A DNA stretch of 64,000 nt from Trueperaceae bacterium. GTDB taxonomy: Bacteria > Deinococcota > Deinococci > Deinococcales > Trueperaceae. The translations under genes were made by a program, and so were the position numbers. The stretch lies in the NCBI GenBank assembly GCA_965213925.1, contig OZ243927.1, forward strand, positions 3,936,001 through 4,000,000. Reading direction: 5' to 3'. The notes beneath the pieces were generated by a model. The model worked only from the letters and a program-made list of their open reading frames with translations. It was not told the DNA's origin and made no database searches. Of this stretch, positions 10,531 through 20,908 are shown piece after piece (within the stretch, counting starts at the first letter, position 1; every line of letters begins with the position of its first letter).

Positions 10531-12612
10531 ATGGCTCAACTCAGCGGACATCCTTTAGATTCAGCGCTCACAGGTAAACTCCCGAGTTTCATCACAGGTG
10601 AGTGGCAAGAGGGCGCGGGCGACGGCGTGGAGGTAGTAGACGCGGTCTACGGCGAGAGCGTTACCCACCTCACGACAGACGGTTTGGACGTTGCAGGCGC
10701 ACTCCACTACGCCAGAGACGTCGGCGGTCCCAACTTGCGCCGCCAGACCTTCCACGAACGCGCCCTTATTCTCAAAGAACTCGCCAAACACCTCATGAGC
10801 GTCAAAGAGCGCTTTTACGAAGTCTCATTCAAAACGGGGACGACGCGGCGTGACGGCTGGATCGACATCGAGGGGGGCATCGGAACGCTCTTCGCGTACT
10901 CGAGCCTCGTCCGCCGCGAATTCCCCAACGAAACCCTTTTAACCGAAGGTCCAGCGCTACCTCTATCCAAAGACGGCACCTTCACGGCGCGTCACCTCTT
11001 GACGCCGAAAGAGGGCGCGGCGGTGCACATCAACGCTTTCAACTTTCCCTGTTGGGGAATGTTGGAGAAGCTCGCGCCGACCTTCCTCGCTGGCGTCCCG
11101 GCGGTCATTAAACCCGCGCCGCAGACCTCTTATCTTGCAGTGGCGATGTTTCAGGAGATGCTGGCGGCGAACCTCTTGCCGGAGGGGTCTGTACAACTTC
11201 TCGCGGGTGACATCGTGGACTTCTTGCCGCATCTCAACGAGCAAGACGCCGTGACCTTTACAGGCTCCGCCGAAACGGGCAAGAAACTGAAAGCACATCC
11301 GAACGTGATTGACAAAGCGGTGCCGTTTACACTCGAGGCGGATTCCTTAAACGCCTGCATCTTGGGCGAAAGCGTCCAGCCCGGCGACGAGGAATTTGGA
11401 CTGTTTATCAAAGAGGTCTCGAGGGAGATAACGGTCAAGGCGGGACAGAAGTGCACCGCGATTCGCCGCGTCATCGTACCGAGGGATAAGGTGGAGGCGG
11501 TGACGAAAGCGCTCGGTCAGCGTCTTAGCAGTGTGACGATGGGCAACCCTGAGCGCGACGAGGTGCGCATGGGTCCGCTGGTGAGTGCGGAACAGCGCGA
11601 AGAGGTGGGGCGGAGTGTGGAGCGGCTGCGCACCTCTTGTGAGGTAGTGTTCGAGGGAGGGCTCGAGCTGCACGGCGGCGACCCTGAGAAAGGCGGCTTT
11701 TACCCGCCGACGCTACTCTACTGTGAGGACCCATTGAACGCTCGAGAGCCTCACGAAGTCGAAGCCTTCGGACCCGTCGCTACGCTCATGTCGTACGAAA
11801 CGCTGGAGGAAGCGGGCGCACTCGCCAAACGCGGGCGCGGCTCGCTCGTCGCCTCCGTCATCACACATGACCGCGAAGAGGCGCGGCGGCTCGTGCTGGG
11901 CGTAGCGTCGCATCACGGACGAATCTTGGTCCTCAACCGCGAGAACGCCGCCTCGTCCACTGGACACGGCTCACCGCTCCCTTACCTCGTCCACGGCGGA
12001 CCCGGACGCGCGGGCGGCGGCGAAGAACTCGGCGGCGCCCGCTCCATCAAACACTTCATGCAGCGCACCGCCGTTCAAGCCGACCCGACGACGCTCATGA
12101 GTGTGACGAAGGAGTATGTAGCGGGCGCACAGACGGTGCATGACGAGGTACACCCCTTCCGCAAGCGGTTCGAAGATCTCTCCATCGGCGAAACCTACCT
12201 CACGCACCGCCGCACTGTGACAGAAGCGGACATCGTCAACTTCGCCAACGTGAGCGGCGACTACTTCTATGCCCACGTAGACGAGCTTGCCGCGAAGGAC
12301 TCCTTGTTCGAAAAGCGCGTGGCGCACGGCTACTTCTTAGTGTCGATGGCGGCGGGTTTATTCGTCGACCCGAGACCAGGTCCCGTTTTGGCGAATTACG
12401 GTTTAGATCACCTACGTTTTATTGAACCTGTCGGTATCGGCGACACCATCCAAGCGCAACTCACTGTGAAGCAGAAGATTAAAAAGGACAAACGCGACGA
12501 CGATAAATATGCGGCGGGCGTGGTGGCGTGGGACGTGCGGCTCACCAATCAGCACGGCGAGGCGGTGGCGCTTTACACGATTCTAACGCTGGTGCAGCGT
12601 GAAGAGGACTGA
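10531..12612 (+). CDS. paaZ: Bifunctional oxepin-CoA hydrolase/aldehyde dehydrogenase (phenylacetate catabolism)
   Basis: ALDH domain (INAFNFP, FTGS, EADSLN, GQKCTAIRR) plus C-terminal MaoC domain (SGDYFYAH, VAHGYF). Confidence 0.95.
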   Translation: MAQLSGHPLDSALTGKLPSFITGEWQEGAGDGVEVVDAVYGESVTHLTTDGLDVAGALHYARDVGGPNLRRQTFHERALILKELAKHLMSVKERFYEVSFKTGTTRRDGWIDIEGGIGTLFAYSSLVRREFPNETLLTEGPALPLSKDGTFTARHLLTPKEGAAVHINAFNFPCWGMLEKLAPTFLAGVPAVIKPAPQTSYLAVAMFQEMLAANLLPEGSVQLLAGDIVDFLPHLNEQDAVTFTGSAETGKKLKAHPNVIDKAVPFTLEADSLNACILGESVQPGDEEFGLFIKEVSREITVKAGQKCTAIRRVIVPRDKVEAVTKALGQRLSSVTMGNPERDEVRMGPLVSAEQREEVGRSVERLRTSCEVVFEGGLELHGGDPEKGGFYPPTLLYCEDPLNAREPHEVEAFGPVATLMSYETLEEAGALAKRGRGSLVASVITHDREEARRLVLGVASHHGRILVLNRENAASSTGHGSPLPYLVHGGPGRAGGGEELGGARSIKHFMQRTAVQADPTTLMSVTKEYVAGAQTVHDEVHPFRKRFEDLSIGETYLTHRRTVTEADIVNFANVSGDYFYAHVDELAAKDSLFEKRVAHGYFLVSMAAGLFVDPRPGPVLANYGLDHLRFIEPVGIGDTIQAQLTVKQKIKKDKRDDDKYAAGVVAWDVRLTNQHGEAVALYTILTLVQREED

Positions 12613-12914
12613 GCGCGGGGTTAATGGACTCGAGCCAAACCGACGAGCCAGACCCGCAACGCTGGCACGTACACATGGGTTTTCACACAAGCGGCATCAC
12701 CAAGAACATCGCCGACGACAACGTGGGAGAGGTTGTTTACAGGAAGATGCTTTGAGGGACCGAAAGCCCAAAACACTTCTTTCTTTCAGAAGGCAGAAAA
12801 GCGCTTCTGTCACACTAAACGTGGACCATAAATACACGAAGTGGCTTCACATCGCAATGAAATGTTCCTCATCCTCTGGTATTGTGATACACCAACCTGG
12901 TACAGTGATACTCC

Positions 12915-13511
12915 ATGAGCCTAGACCGAGGATTAGTCGGACCGAAACTCAATACACGTGGGGCTCGAGGTGACGCGGGCATCGAGGCGGTGGTCTCGCT
13001 GCTCGACCTCAAACACGACGAGAAGGTGAGGGGAATATGGGCGGCGCTAGAACGCGAGTTCGGGCTGCGCAGCATCTACAGCGCGCCCTTTCCGCACTTC
13101 TCGTATCACGGCGCGAACGACTTCGACGACGAGCGTGTCCGCTCGCTCCTAGAGCGCGTCGCTGAGGAGGGGCGTCCCTTCCACATCCGCACTGCCGGGC
13201 TCGGTATCTTCCCCGGTCCTAAACCGATCGTCTATATTCCTGTGGTGCGCAGCCCCAAGCTCGTTCACTATCACTGCAAACTTTATGGCGACCTCTCCGG
13301 CCTCGCCAAGAGGCCTAACCCGCTCTATCACCCCGAACGGTGGCTTCCGCACATCACGCTCGCCCACGGCGACCTCACGCCCGAATTACTTCCCGACGTA
13401 GTGCGCTTTTTGAACGAGGACACCTTCGCGTGGACCGCGACGATTGACAATTTTTCGCTTGTTTATACCGAAGGGGTGGACCAGGGGCTGAGCTTTCGGG
13501 TCGAGCTTTAA
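12915..13511 (+). CDS. 2H phosphoesterase (2'-5' RNA ligase-like) protein
   Basis: Two H-x-S/T motifs (PHFSY, PHITL); the true start may be slightly downstream. Confidence 0.8.
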   Translation: MSLDRGLVGPKLNTRGARGDAGIEAVVSLLDLKHDEKVRGIWAALEREFGLRSIYSAPFPHFSYHGANDFDDERVRSLLERVAEEGRPFHIRTAGLGIFPGPKPIVYIPVVRSPKLVHYHCKLYGDLSGLAKRPNPLYHPERWLPHITLAHGDLTPELLPDVVRFLNEDTFAWTATIDNFSLVYTEGVDQGLSFRVEL

Positions 13512-13549
13512 GGGGCTCGAGAAGATGGATGCCCATAACCTCTTTAGCG

Positions 13550-14071
13550 TCACGACTTGTTTGGGGGCGAATCAGAAATTTTGGACCAGCCATACGCGAC
13601 TTCGGTCAAGGTTGCGCCCATCATCGTGATTGTTTTGCGCTCGTGGAGTTCGCCGCCTAGATGCTCGTAGAAACCCCTCGTCGGGTTATCCTCCAAAACC
13701 CATAACCGCATGGCGTCATGACCCGCCGCTTTTAACGAGCGCATGGCTGCCCGGAAAAGCGCCCTACCGTAGCCACGCCCGTGAAACTCTCTCAAGAGAT
13801 AGATCGCGTAGAGTTCGCCCGTGTAGTGCGCGTGGTTCTCCCGCTCCGGTCCGACCGCTGTGAAACCGACGACGTCGCCCTCGTGTTCATAAACGAGTAG
13901 AGAGGGTGCGCTCCCCTCGCCGAGCGCCCTGCGCCACATCGCCGCTCGTTCGTCCTCCGAGAGGTTATCCAGCACTTCCTGTGGAATGAGCCTGGCGTAA
14001 GTTTCTCGCCAGGCGTCCACGTGAACGCGGGCGACGCTGAGAACATCCGCTTGCGTCGCAGGTCTTGTCAT
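13550..14071 (-). CDS. GNAT acetyltransferase
   Basis: ELYAIYL, GRGYGRAL and GFYEHLG motifs; leaderless (TACACT 6 nt before ATG). Confidence 0.9.
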   Translation of the reverse strand: MTRPATQADVLSVARVHVDAWRETYARLIPQEVLDNLSEDERAAMWRRALGEGSAPSLLVYEHEGDVVGFTAVGPERENHAHYTGELYAIYLLREFHGRGYGRALFRAAMRSLKAAGHDAMRLWVLEDNPTRGFYEHLGGELHERKTITMMGATLTEVAYGWSKISDSPPNKS

Positions 14072-14094
14072 AGAGGTAGTGTAGCGCTATTTTA

Positions 14095-14141
14095 AGCAAT
14101 GAGTACCGAGCAACGAGTAAAAATCTTTAGACTCATTGCTC
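14095..14141. repeat. Short heptamer-based inverted repeat, same family as 17914-17987
   Basis: AGCAATGAGTACCGAGCAACGAG ... CTCATTGCTC. Confidence 0.6.
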
Positions 14142-14319
14142 ACCGTTCGTTCCCTTCGGGCTAGCGGGAGCGTATGCGACTGTACTGCGTAACCAGCCCT
14201 GTGCCCTGCACAAGCGGGTATGACTGGGTTGCTTTCAACTCGTTACTCTCTAGCTGTCATCCCCCGTTGACGCTAGAGCCGCGTCTTAATGGTAGTCTTA
14301 CACATAGGAGGACGCACCT

Positions 14320-14820
14320 GTGACATTTAGAGTTGGCGACCGCGTGGTCTACCCTTCGCAGGGTGCCGGCACCGTCGAAGAGAAAACTGCCCGCGAAGTA
14401 TTGGGTGAAACCCACGAATATTTGCGTATCAGCTTTATCCGGGGCGAGATGGAGGTTTTAGTCCCCTTAAAGAAAGGGCAAGAGGTAGGTTTGCGGCACA
14501 CGGTTGGCGAGGACGAAGTCGAGCGGCTGCACGGCGAGATCGCCTCGTCTGACCTGTCTTTGCCCACACAGTGGCCCCCGCGCTACCGCGCCGAGCAAGA
14601 TATCCTGTCGAACGGCGACGCTTACGAGCTGGCGCGTCTGATTGGTGTCTTAGCCGAGCGTGACTTGGAGAAGGGTCTAGCCGCCACCGAGCGCGAAGTC
14701 ATGGAAAACGCCAAGACGATGCTCGCCAGCGAATTTGCGGTGGTGCAAGAAACGACGCTCACCCAGGCGAGCCGCAGCATCGAAGAAACCATCGCGACCC
14801 ACATCGAAGCGAACGCCTAA
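14320..14820 (+). CDS. carD: CarD-family transcription factor
   Basis: FRVGDRVVYPSQGAG N-terminal RID motif, GLR and W..RYR; AGGAGG RBS. Confidence 0.88.
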   Translation: MTFRVGDRVVYPSQGAGTVEEKTAREVLGETHEYLRISFIRGEMEVLVPLKKGQEVGLRHTVGEDEVERLHGEIASSDLSLPTQWPPRYRAEQDILSNGDAYELARLIGVLAERDLEKGLAATEREVMENAKTMLASEFAVVQETTLTQASRSIEETIATHIEANA

Positions 14821-14915
14821 GCGTGCCCTTTGGTGCGCATGAGCCAACGGCGTAGCTTTGCGTCGCCTAGACCCAGCCGCCTCGTGGCGCGCGCAAAGCG
14901 TATAGCCGGCCGAGC

Positions 14916-15749
14916 GTGAGCAGTCCGCCAACCCTCTCCACCCCGAGCGCCGTGAAAGGGCTGCTCACGCGCTACGGTCTTAGGGCAGATAAAAGTTTCG
15001 GTCAAAACTTCTTGGTGGACGGCAACGCGCTCGGCGCGATTGTCGAGGCGGCGAGACTCGAGCCGACCGATACCGTTTTAGAGGTCGGTCCCGGACTCGG
15101 CGTCTTGACCCGCGAACTTGCGCTTAGAGCCAAAGAGGTCGTGAGCGTCGAACTCGACGCGCGCCTGCTGCCTGCGCTAGAAGAGACCCTCGCGCCCGCA
15201 GGCAACGTCACCCTTATTCACGGCGACGGGCTCACCTTCGACTTGCAGACACTTCCTGGAGGGAGCCTGCTCGTCGCCAACTTGCCCTACAACGTCGCGA
15301 CGCCTATTCTCGTTCGCGCCTTGAAGTCGGGGCGCTTTAAGCGGCTCGTTTTTTTAGTGCAAAAAGAGGTGGCGCAGCGGCTCCGCGCGGGACCGGGCGA
15401 GGGCGCGTACGGAGCGCTCAGCCTCATCGTCGCGCACTTCGCGGAAGCCGAAATCGTCCGCGACGTCAAGCCCAGCGCCTTTTTTCCGCCGCCCGAGGTC
15501 ACCAGTAGCGTGGTGCGCTTAGACGTGAGGAACACCCAAAGCGACCCCAAGACGTTCGCGCTCATCCACCACGCCTTTCGCCACCGCCGCAAGACGCTGA
15601 AAAAAAACCTGCTTATGGCGGGCTTTGAGAAAGTGCGTGTGGAGAATGCGGTCGCGGCGCTAGGACTAGACCCGCGCACTCGCGCAGAGATGTTAGATAT
15701 CTCACAGTTCGCTGCGCTAGGGCGCGCCCTTCACGGGGGCGCACCTTAG
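14916..15749 (+). CDS. rsmA: 16S rRNA m6(2)A dimethyltransferase (KsgA)
   Basis: FGQNFL, EVGPGLG, VANLPYN, QKEVA and RRKTL motifs. Confidence 0.95.
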   Translation: MSSPPTLSTPSAVKGLLTRYGLRADKSFGQNFLVDGNALGAIVEAARLEPTDTVLEVGPGLGVLTRELALRAKEVVSVELDARLLPALEETLAPAGNVTLIHGDGLTFDLQTLPGGSLLVANLPYNVATPILVRALKSGRFKRLVFLVQKEVAQRLRAGPGEGAYGALSLIVAHFAEAEIVRDVKPSAFFPPPEVTSSVVRLDVRNTQSDPKTFALIHHAFRHRRKTLKKNLLMAGFEKVRVENAVAALGLDPRTRAEMLDISQFAALGRALHGGAP

Positions 15750-15970
15750 CGCAGTGGGCAAACGCAGCTATTTAGGCTATACTGCGTATAAGCAACGCTT
15801 ATACGAACAGCTGGGGGGAGGGACCTTAAAGCGTGCTATGCGTTAAACTGCGCTTTAGAAATCGCATAATCATGTACAGCGGGTGTCGTAGAGCGCGTAA
15901 GAGAGGTCAGACCGGTCTCGAACATTTTGAGAGCTGTTAAGATAAACGTAAAGAGACGTGGGAGAGGTGA

Positions 15971-16948
15971 ATGGCTAAGTTTTTCGTCATCGGCGACGTG
16001 AGCGTTGACCAGATGTACTTCGTTGAGGGCTTACCCGAACTCGGGGGCGAGGTCTCGGCTGAGCGCGCCCAGATGGAGCCAGGCGGCGCGGGTGGCACCG
16101 TCGCGGCGGTGCTCGCGCGGCTCGGCAACGAGGTATCGTTGGCAGCTAGGGTAGGCGAAGGACCCTTCTCGGACTTAGCCCTCAAATACGTCAAAAAAGC
16201 AGGCGTGGACACGCACCTCGTCCAGCTCGACGCGGCGCTACAAACGAGCAGCGTAACCCTGCTCGTCACCCCCGACACGCAGCGCACCATGATCAGCGCG
16301 GGCGGCGCGAGCCGCGACTTAGACGTTGCGGCCTTTAGCGAGGACCAAATCGCAGCGTGCGACGCGCTCGTCGTCAGCGCCTACAGCCTCATCAGCGGTC
16401 CGCAGCGCGAGTACGCGGTGCGGGCGCTCGGAGCCGCTAAAAAGGCGCGGCTCACCACCTTCATCGATATGGGCTCGGGCGCGGTCAATGCGCTTAAAGA
16501 GCGTCTTATCCCCACCGTACAGGGCGTGGACTACCTCATCATGAATCAGCAAGAACTCTACACGCTGACCGACGAAAGCTCGATCTCCGAAGCGGTGGCG
16601 GGGCTCGCCGAGCGCGGGGTCGAGCGCATCTTGGTCAAACTCGGCGAGATGGGCTCGATGGTCATCACGCCCGAGCTGACCGAACTCATCGAGGCGTTAG
16701 AGATCGACGAGGTCGTCGAATCGACGGGCGCGGGCGACTACTACACGGCCGCGTTTGCGCACGGCATCATGGCGGGCTACGACATCTACTACGCCGCTAA
16801 GCTCGGCAACATCGCGGGTGCGCTCAACGTCACCTCGGTGGGCGCGCAAAGCTGCGTCTTTGACGCAAAAACGCTCGAGTCTCACGCCCAGGAAAAAGCG
16901 CCGGGCAGCGCGTCAGAAAACCCTAAAGTCAAGCAGATAGCCGACTAG
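15971..16948 (+). CDS. PfkB/ribokinase-family carbohydrate kinase
   Basis: PGGAG, VKLGEMGS and STGAGD motifs. Confidence 0.9.
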   Translation: MAKFFVIGDVSVDQMYFVEGLPELGGEVSAERAQMEPGGAGGTVAAVLARLGNEVSLAARVGEGPFSDLALKYVKKAGVDTHLVQLDAALQTSSVTLLVTPDTQRTMISAGGASRDLDVAAFSEDQIAACDALVVSAYSLISGPQREYAVRALGAAKKARLTTFIDMGSGAVNALKERLIPTVQGVDYLIMNQQELYTLTDESSISEAVAGLAERGVERILVKLGEMGSMVITPELTELIEALEIDEVVESTGAGDYYTAAFAHGIMAGYDIYYAAKLGNIAGALNVTSVGAQSCVFDAKTLESHAQEKAPGSASENPKVKQIAD

Positions 16949-16978
16949 TCACTGCCTACTTATGCGTTACATTGAGGT

Positions 16979-17935
16979 GTGATTACCCTAAACACCGTAA
17001 AGCACCTGATTCAGTGCGGGCTCGCGTTGGGCGTCTTTTTAAGCGCCTCCGCGCTCGCGCAAGCAGCGTATGAAACGCGCTTCGATACCGCCTGGCAGCT
17101 CGTCGAGGAGCGCTACTGGGACCGCGACTTCGGCGGTAACGACTGGGATGAGGTTCGCACTGAGTACGAGCCGAGAGCCCTTGCAGCCGACAACGAACGC
17201 GAGTTTTATGGCGTCCTAGCGGACATGTACGAAGAACTCGGCGATAACCATTCCGTTTTCGTGCCGCCTAACCGCGTAGACCAGATTCGCGCTGAATACG
17301 GCGACTTGCCCTGTTTAGGCGTGTTCGGACAGGTCTTGGAGCCGCAAGGCACCGAGCAGCGCGGGCGGGTCAGCTACACACTCCTAGAGGACAACATCGG
17401 CTACATCCGCGTCCCCGACCTGGTCGGTACGGCGAGCGACTTGCGTTCTACCGTGCGGAGTTTACGCGGCGCAGAAAGCCTCATCCTCGACCTGCGCGGC
17501 AACCCTGGTGGCAAACTCGTCGAGATGATGCAGGCGGCAGGCGTTTTTACGAGCGGCTTCTTGTGGCGCACGCTGACCCGCTGGACGCTCCCGCTCCCCT
17601 ATCCTGCGGTGGGCAACACCATTACCGAGCTGCCCCTCGTCGTCCTCATTGACGGAAACGTGAATAGCGCCGCCGAAGGTCTAGCAGGCGCACTCCAAGC
17701 TAAGGGACGCGCCACCGTCATCGGCGAGACAAGCGCGGGCAACGTCGAAGCGGTCTTGCCTTTTTGCCTCCGCGACGGCTCGCAAGCCTGGATCGCGACG
17801 GGCGTCCTAGCGCCCATCGGCGCACCGACCTGGGAAGGGCGCGGCGTGGTGCCAGACATAGAGGTCGCGCCGGATACCGCCTTGGATGAAGCGGTTGCGT
17901 TTTTGAGCGGAGAAGCAATGAGCAATGAGCAATGA
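16979..17935 (+). CDS. S41-family peptidase, secreted
   Basis: Signal peptide; IGYIRV, LDLRGNPGG, NSAAE and GVVPD motifs. Confidence 0.88.
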   Translation: MITLNTVKHLIQCGLALGVFLSASALAQAAYETRFDTAWQLVEERYWDRDFGGNDWDEVRTEYEPRALAADNEREFYGVLADMYEELGDNHSVFVPPNRVDQIRAEYGDLPCLGVFGQVLEPQGTEQRGRVSYTLLEDNIGYIRVPDLVGTASDLRSTVRSLRGAESLILDLRGNPGGKLVEMMQAAGVFTSGFLWRTLTRWTLPLPYPAVGNTITELPLVVLIDGNVNSAAEGLAGALQAKGRATVIGETSAGNVEAVLPFCLRDGSQAWIATGVLAPIGAPTWEGRGVVPDIEVAPDTALDEAVAFLSGEAMSNEQ

Positions 17936-17987
17936 GTTGAAAGTAGAAGCCTTTACCTCATTGCTCATTGCTCGGTACTCATTGCTC
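17914..17987. repeat. Heptamer tandem repeats (AGCAATG)x3 with inverted CTCATTG copies, forming a hairpin
   Basis: Read directly from the sequence; overlaps the S41 stop codon. Confidence 0.75.
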
Positions 17988-17992
17988 TTTTC

Positions 17993-18835
17993 ATGACCTC
18001 TGAAACCCTCGCTGACGGCGTCCACCGCCTCCCCCTCCCCAGCGACACGCTGCCCCCTTTCGACCACACGAACAGCTACCTCATCGAAAGTCGCGGCGTC
18101 GGTGTCTTGGTTGATGCGGGAAGCGAAGAGGGTGAGGCTTTAGAGGGGCTCGAGCGAACACTCCAAGCGAAAGTCAATCTCTTCAAAGCCCTCCTCCTCA
18201 CCCACACGCACCCCGACCACTGCGCAGGGGCGAAGAGGGTACAAGACCATTTCGACGTGCCGATTTACGTGCACCCTTTAGAGCGTCCCCGTTTTGAAGA
18301 AAAGTACGAGCCGACGGGCGAAATTATCTCCTTACAGGACGAGCGCGTCTTGACCGTCGGCGGCAAAGAGGTCCGCGCCTTGCACACGCCCGGTCACAGC
18401 CCCGGTCATCTGAGTTTCTACCTGCCCGACACGCGCACGATTTTGGCGGGGGACGTGGTCGCAAATCGAGGCTCAACCTGGGTTGGACTGCCCGAGGGCG
18501 ATGTGTCGGACTATTTAGCGACATTGGAGCGGTTGCAAGACCTTGGCGCGGACCTCATCGGACCTGGACACGGCGAAGTCATCACGAATCCGCAAGAGAG
18601 GTTGCAGCAGTCCAAAGCGCACCGCTTGGAGCGGGAGCAGCAAGTTTTAGATACGCTCGGAAGCGAACAACTCAGCTTGGATGAACTGCGCACTCGCATC
18701 TACCCGCAAGTGCCGGAGCGCATGACCAAGCTCGTAGAAGGAAGCGTGCTGGCGCACCTCAAAAAGCTGATGGCGGAGATGCGCGTGGTGCATCTCGGGG
18801 AGGATGAGGCGGGACCGTACGCGGCGCGGCGTTAA
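17993..18835 (+). CDS. MBL-fold metallo-hydrolase with C-terminal winged helix
   Basis: HTHPDH, TPGHSPGH, AGD and PGHG motifs. Confidence 0.9.
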   Translation: MTSETLADGVHRLPLPSDTLPPFDHTNSYLIESRGVGVLVDAGSEEGEALEGLERTLQAKVNLFKALLLTHTHPDHCAGAKRVQDHFDVPIYVHPLERPRFEEKYEPTGEIISLQDERVLTVGGKEVRALHTPGHSPGHLSFYLPDTRTILAGDVVANRGSTWVGLPEGDVSDYLATLERLQDLGADLIGPGHGEVITNPQERLQQSKAHRLEREQQVLDTLGSEQLSLDELRTRIYPQVPERMTKLVEGSVLAHLKKLMAEMRVVHLGEDEAGPYAARR

Positions 18836-18963
18836 GCAGGTCTCAGCCTTTAGGCTAGCGGAACTTCATCTGGTCGCAAACGCTATCGCTATATACAAAA
18901 CTGCTCAGTTCGTACATTTTGAGATGATGGCTGCGCAATTTACAGCAATGCTTGTGATAGCTA

Positions 18964-19206
18964 TTATTCATCCTCTTTTACAATGAGGTTCTCCAAGTCT
19001 GCCTGCGCCTCTTCGATGGACCCGTATTTGTAAACGCCTGGTTTATACCGCCGCCCCACAAGTTCATGCGCCCGCTGCCAAAGCGCTTCAACGCGGTCAA
19101 TGTAGGCGTCGTCTACCTCATCAACCCAGAGCGCTTCTCGAGCCTCTTCAAACGAACGAAATTTGTAGACGGGCATTTCTTCGTCCAATTCATCATTGCT
19201 ATACAA
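18964..19206 (-). CDS. Hypothetical small protein
   Basis: Internal repeat VYKFRSFEEA / VYKYGSIEEA. Confidence 0.6.
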   Translation of the reverse strand: MYSNDELDEEMPVYKFRSFEEAREALWVDEVDDAYIDRVEALWQRAHELVGRRYKPGVYKYGSIEEAQADLENLIVKEDE

Positions 19207-19238
19207 TGTATTTTCTTTTGCCCGATAACACTTCGTTT

Positions 19239-19592
19239 CTAATCGGTGAAGAAAATCATTTCCTCAATCGCTTCTCTAAACCACTCCCAGAAGTCGCCAT
19301 ATATCTTCACTTGTTCGTATCCTGGTGACGCGAAGTCATGGATAAGTACAACCTTGCTAGCCATATTTTTCTCAAAACAAGCAACATCATCGCTATCCTC
19401 TCGGCGGGCGAATGGTACTAAGTGCCGATAAGGGTAACGTTCTCGCATACCCAAATACCTTATTTTCAACCGTTCACCTTCGAGGATAAACCAAGGGTCT
19501 AAATCACAGAGGTTGAGGTCAACGACACGGCGAAACTCTTTTGGGTAGCTCAACCATTCCGCTTCGATTTCAGTATTGAGCAGTTTTTCCAT
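19239..19592 (-). CDS. SMI1/KNR4 (SUKH)-like immunity-type protein
   Basis: YPKEF, PFARREDSDDVACF, V.LIHD and FWEWF pattern; AT-rich. Confidence 0.6.
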   Translation of the reverse strand: MEKLLNTEIEAEWLSYPKEFRRVVDLNLCDLDPWFILEGERLKIRYLGMRERYPYRHLVPFARREDSDDVACFEKNMASKVVLIHDFASPGYEQVKIYGDFWEWFREAIEEMIFFTD

Positions 19593-19599
19593 GATTTCA

Positions 19600-20907
19600 C
19601 TAAGAAAGTAGAACTTGGCTCAGCGCTGCTAGGTCCGGCTCCAACCTCTCCACCCTCGTCTCCTCATCCCACAACTTTTCCAGCCTCTCCTCTTTCGGCG
19701 TGGGAATGCCCAATGCTTCTGAGACCACATCAGGAAACTTCGCAGGGTGCGCCGTCGCTAAAACAATGGTAGGAGAGGTATCGCTCGTCTCCGAACGGTA
19801 GCGGTAGACGGCTTCTAAACCGACAGCCGTATGCGGACACGCCACATAGCCTGTGCGCTCATAGACCTCTTTCATGCGTGTTTGAGTCACTTCGTCCGTC
19901 ACAGATGAGCCCCAAATCATCCCCTGCATCTCATCACTAAGGAGCGCGTAGAGCCGCTCGAAGTTGCTGGGCGCACCCACGTCCATCGCGTTGGAGACGG
20001 TCGCAACCGTCGGGCTAAACGCATACGCCTCGCGGAGTTTGTGCAGGTAGTTCGGGAAGAAGTCGTTGGCGTTATGCGCGGCGATGAATTTGGTGACGCC
20101 GAGACCGGCTCGAGCCGCCAAAACACCGCCCGTGAGGTTGCCTAAATTACCGCTCGGAATACAGAAAACAGGCGCTATTCCGCTTTCGTCTAGCTGGGAC
20201 GCGACTTGTACGCTCGCCCAAAAGTAATACAAGGACTGAGGTAAAAGCCGCCCGATGTTGATAGAATTTGCAGACGAAAGAGGTAGGCGACTCAATTCTG
20301 GTGAGACGAACGCCTCTTTGACCAAACGCTGACAGTCGTCGAAGTCACCCTCAACCGCGAAAGCACGCACGCCTTTGCGCTTCGCGATAAGCTGCCGCTC
20401 TTGCACCTCGCTCACTTTGCCTTTGGGGTAGAGGAGTACTACATCGATATTGTCTTGACCCGCGAACCCGTCCGCGACTGCGCTACCCGTATCACCCGAC
20501 GTCGCCACTAAAATCGTGCGGCGCTCACCTCTTTGGGCGAGAAAGCGGCTCATGAGCCGCGCCATCGTGCGCGCGCCTACGTCCTTAAAGGAGAGGGTGG
20601 GGCCGTGGAACAGCTCGAGCACGAACACCCCGTCCCCTAGTGACACAACGGGCACGGGAAAATTGAGCGCGTCATCCACTAAACTAGCGAGGCTGACTTC
20701 GTCCACTTCGGACCCTAACCAGTCGTTGAGCACCGCGCCGCCGAGGTCACTTAAAGAGGTTGCGCTCCTCCACGCTTCACTAGGAACTTGGGGAATGCAG
20801 TCGGGGACGTAAAGCCCGCCGTCCTTTGCTAGCCCTTTGAGTAAGGCGTCCGCGAAGGAGACCTTGTGCTTCTCTTTGTCTCTCGTGCTGTAGTAGCGAA
20901 TCGCCAT
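19600..20907 (-). CDS. thrC: Threonine synthase
   Basis: ELFHGPTLSFKD, ATSGDTG, SANSINIGR and ATAHPAKF motifs. Confidence 0.96.
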   Translation of the reverse strand: MAIRYYSTRDKEKHKVSFADALLKGLAKDGGLYVPDCIPQVPSEAWRSATSLSDLGGAVLNDWLGSEVDEVSLASLVDDALNFPVPVVSLGDGVFVLELFHGPTLSFKDVGARTMARLMSRFLAQRGERRTILVATSGDTGSAVADGFAGQDNIDVVLLYPKGKVSEVQERQLIAKRKGVRAFAVEGDFDDCQRLVKEAFVSPELSRLPLSSANSINIGRLLPQSLYYFWASVQVASQLDESGIAPVFCIPSGNLGNLTGGVLAARAGLGVTKFIAAHNANDFFPNYLHKLREAYAFSPTVATVSNAMDVGAPSNFERLYALLSDEMQGMIWGSSVTDEVTQTRMKEVYERTGYVACPHTAVGLEAVYRYRSETSDTSPTIVLATAHPAKFPDVVSEALGIPTPKEERLEKLWDEETRVERLEPDLAALSQVLLS

Positions 20908-20908
20908 C

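Noticed and set aside
12624..12755. Short ORF MDSSQTDEP...YRKML resembling a GNAT C-terminus
   Set aside because: It is too short and weak to call; possibly a gene remnant.
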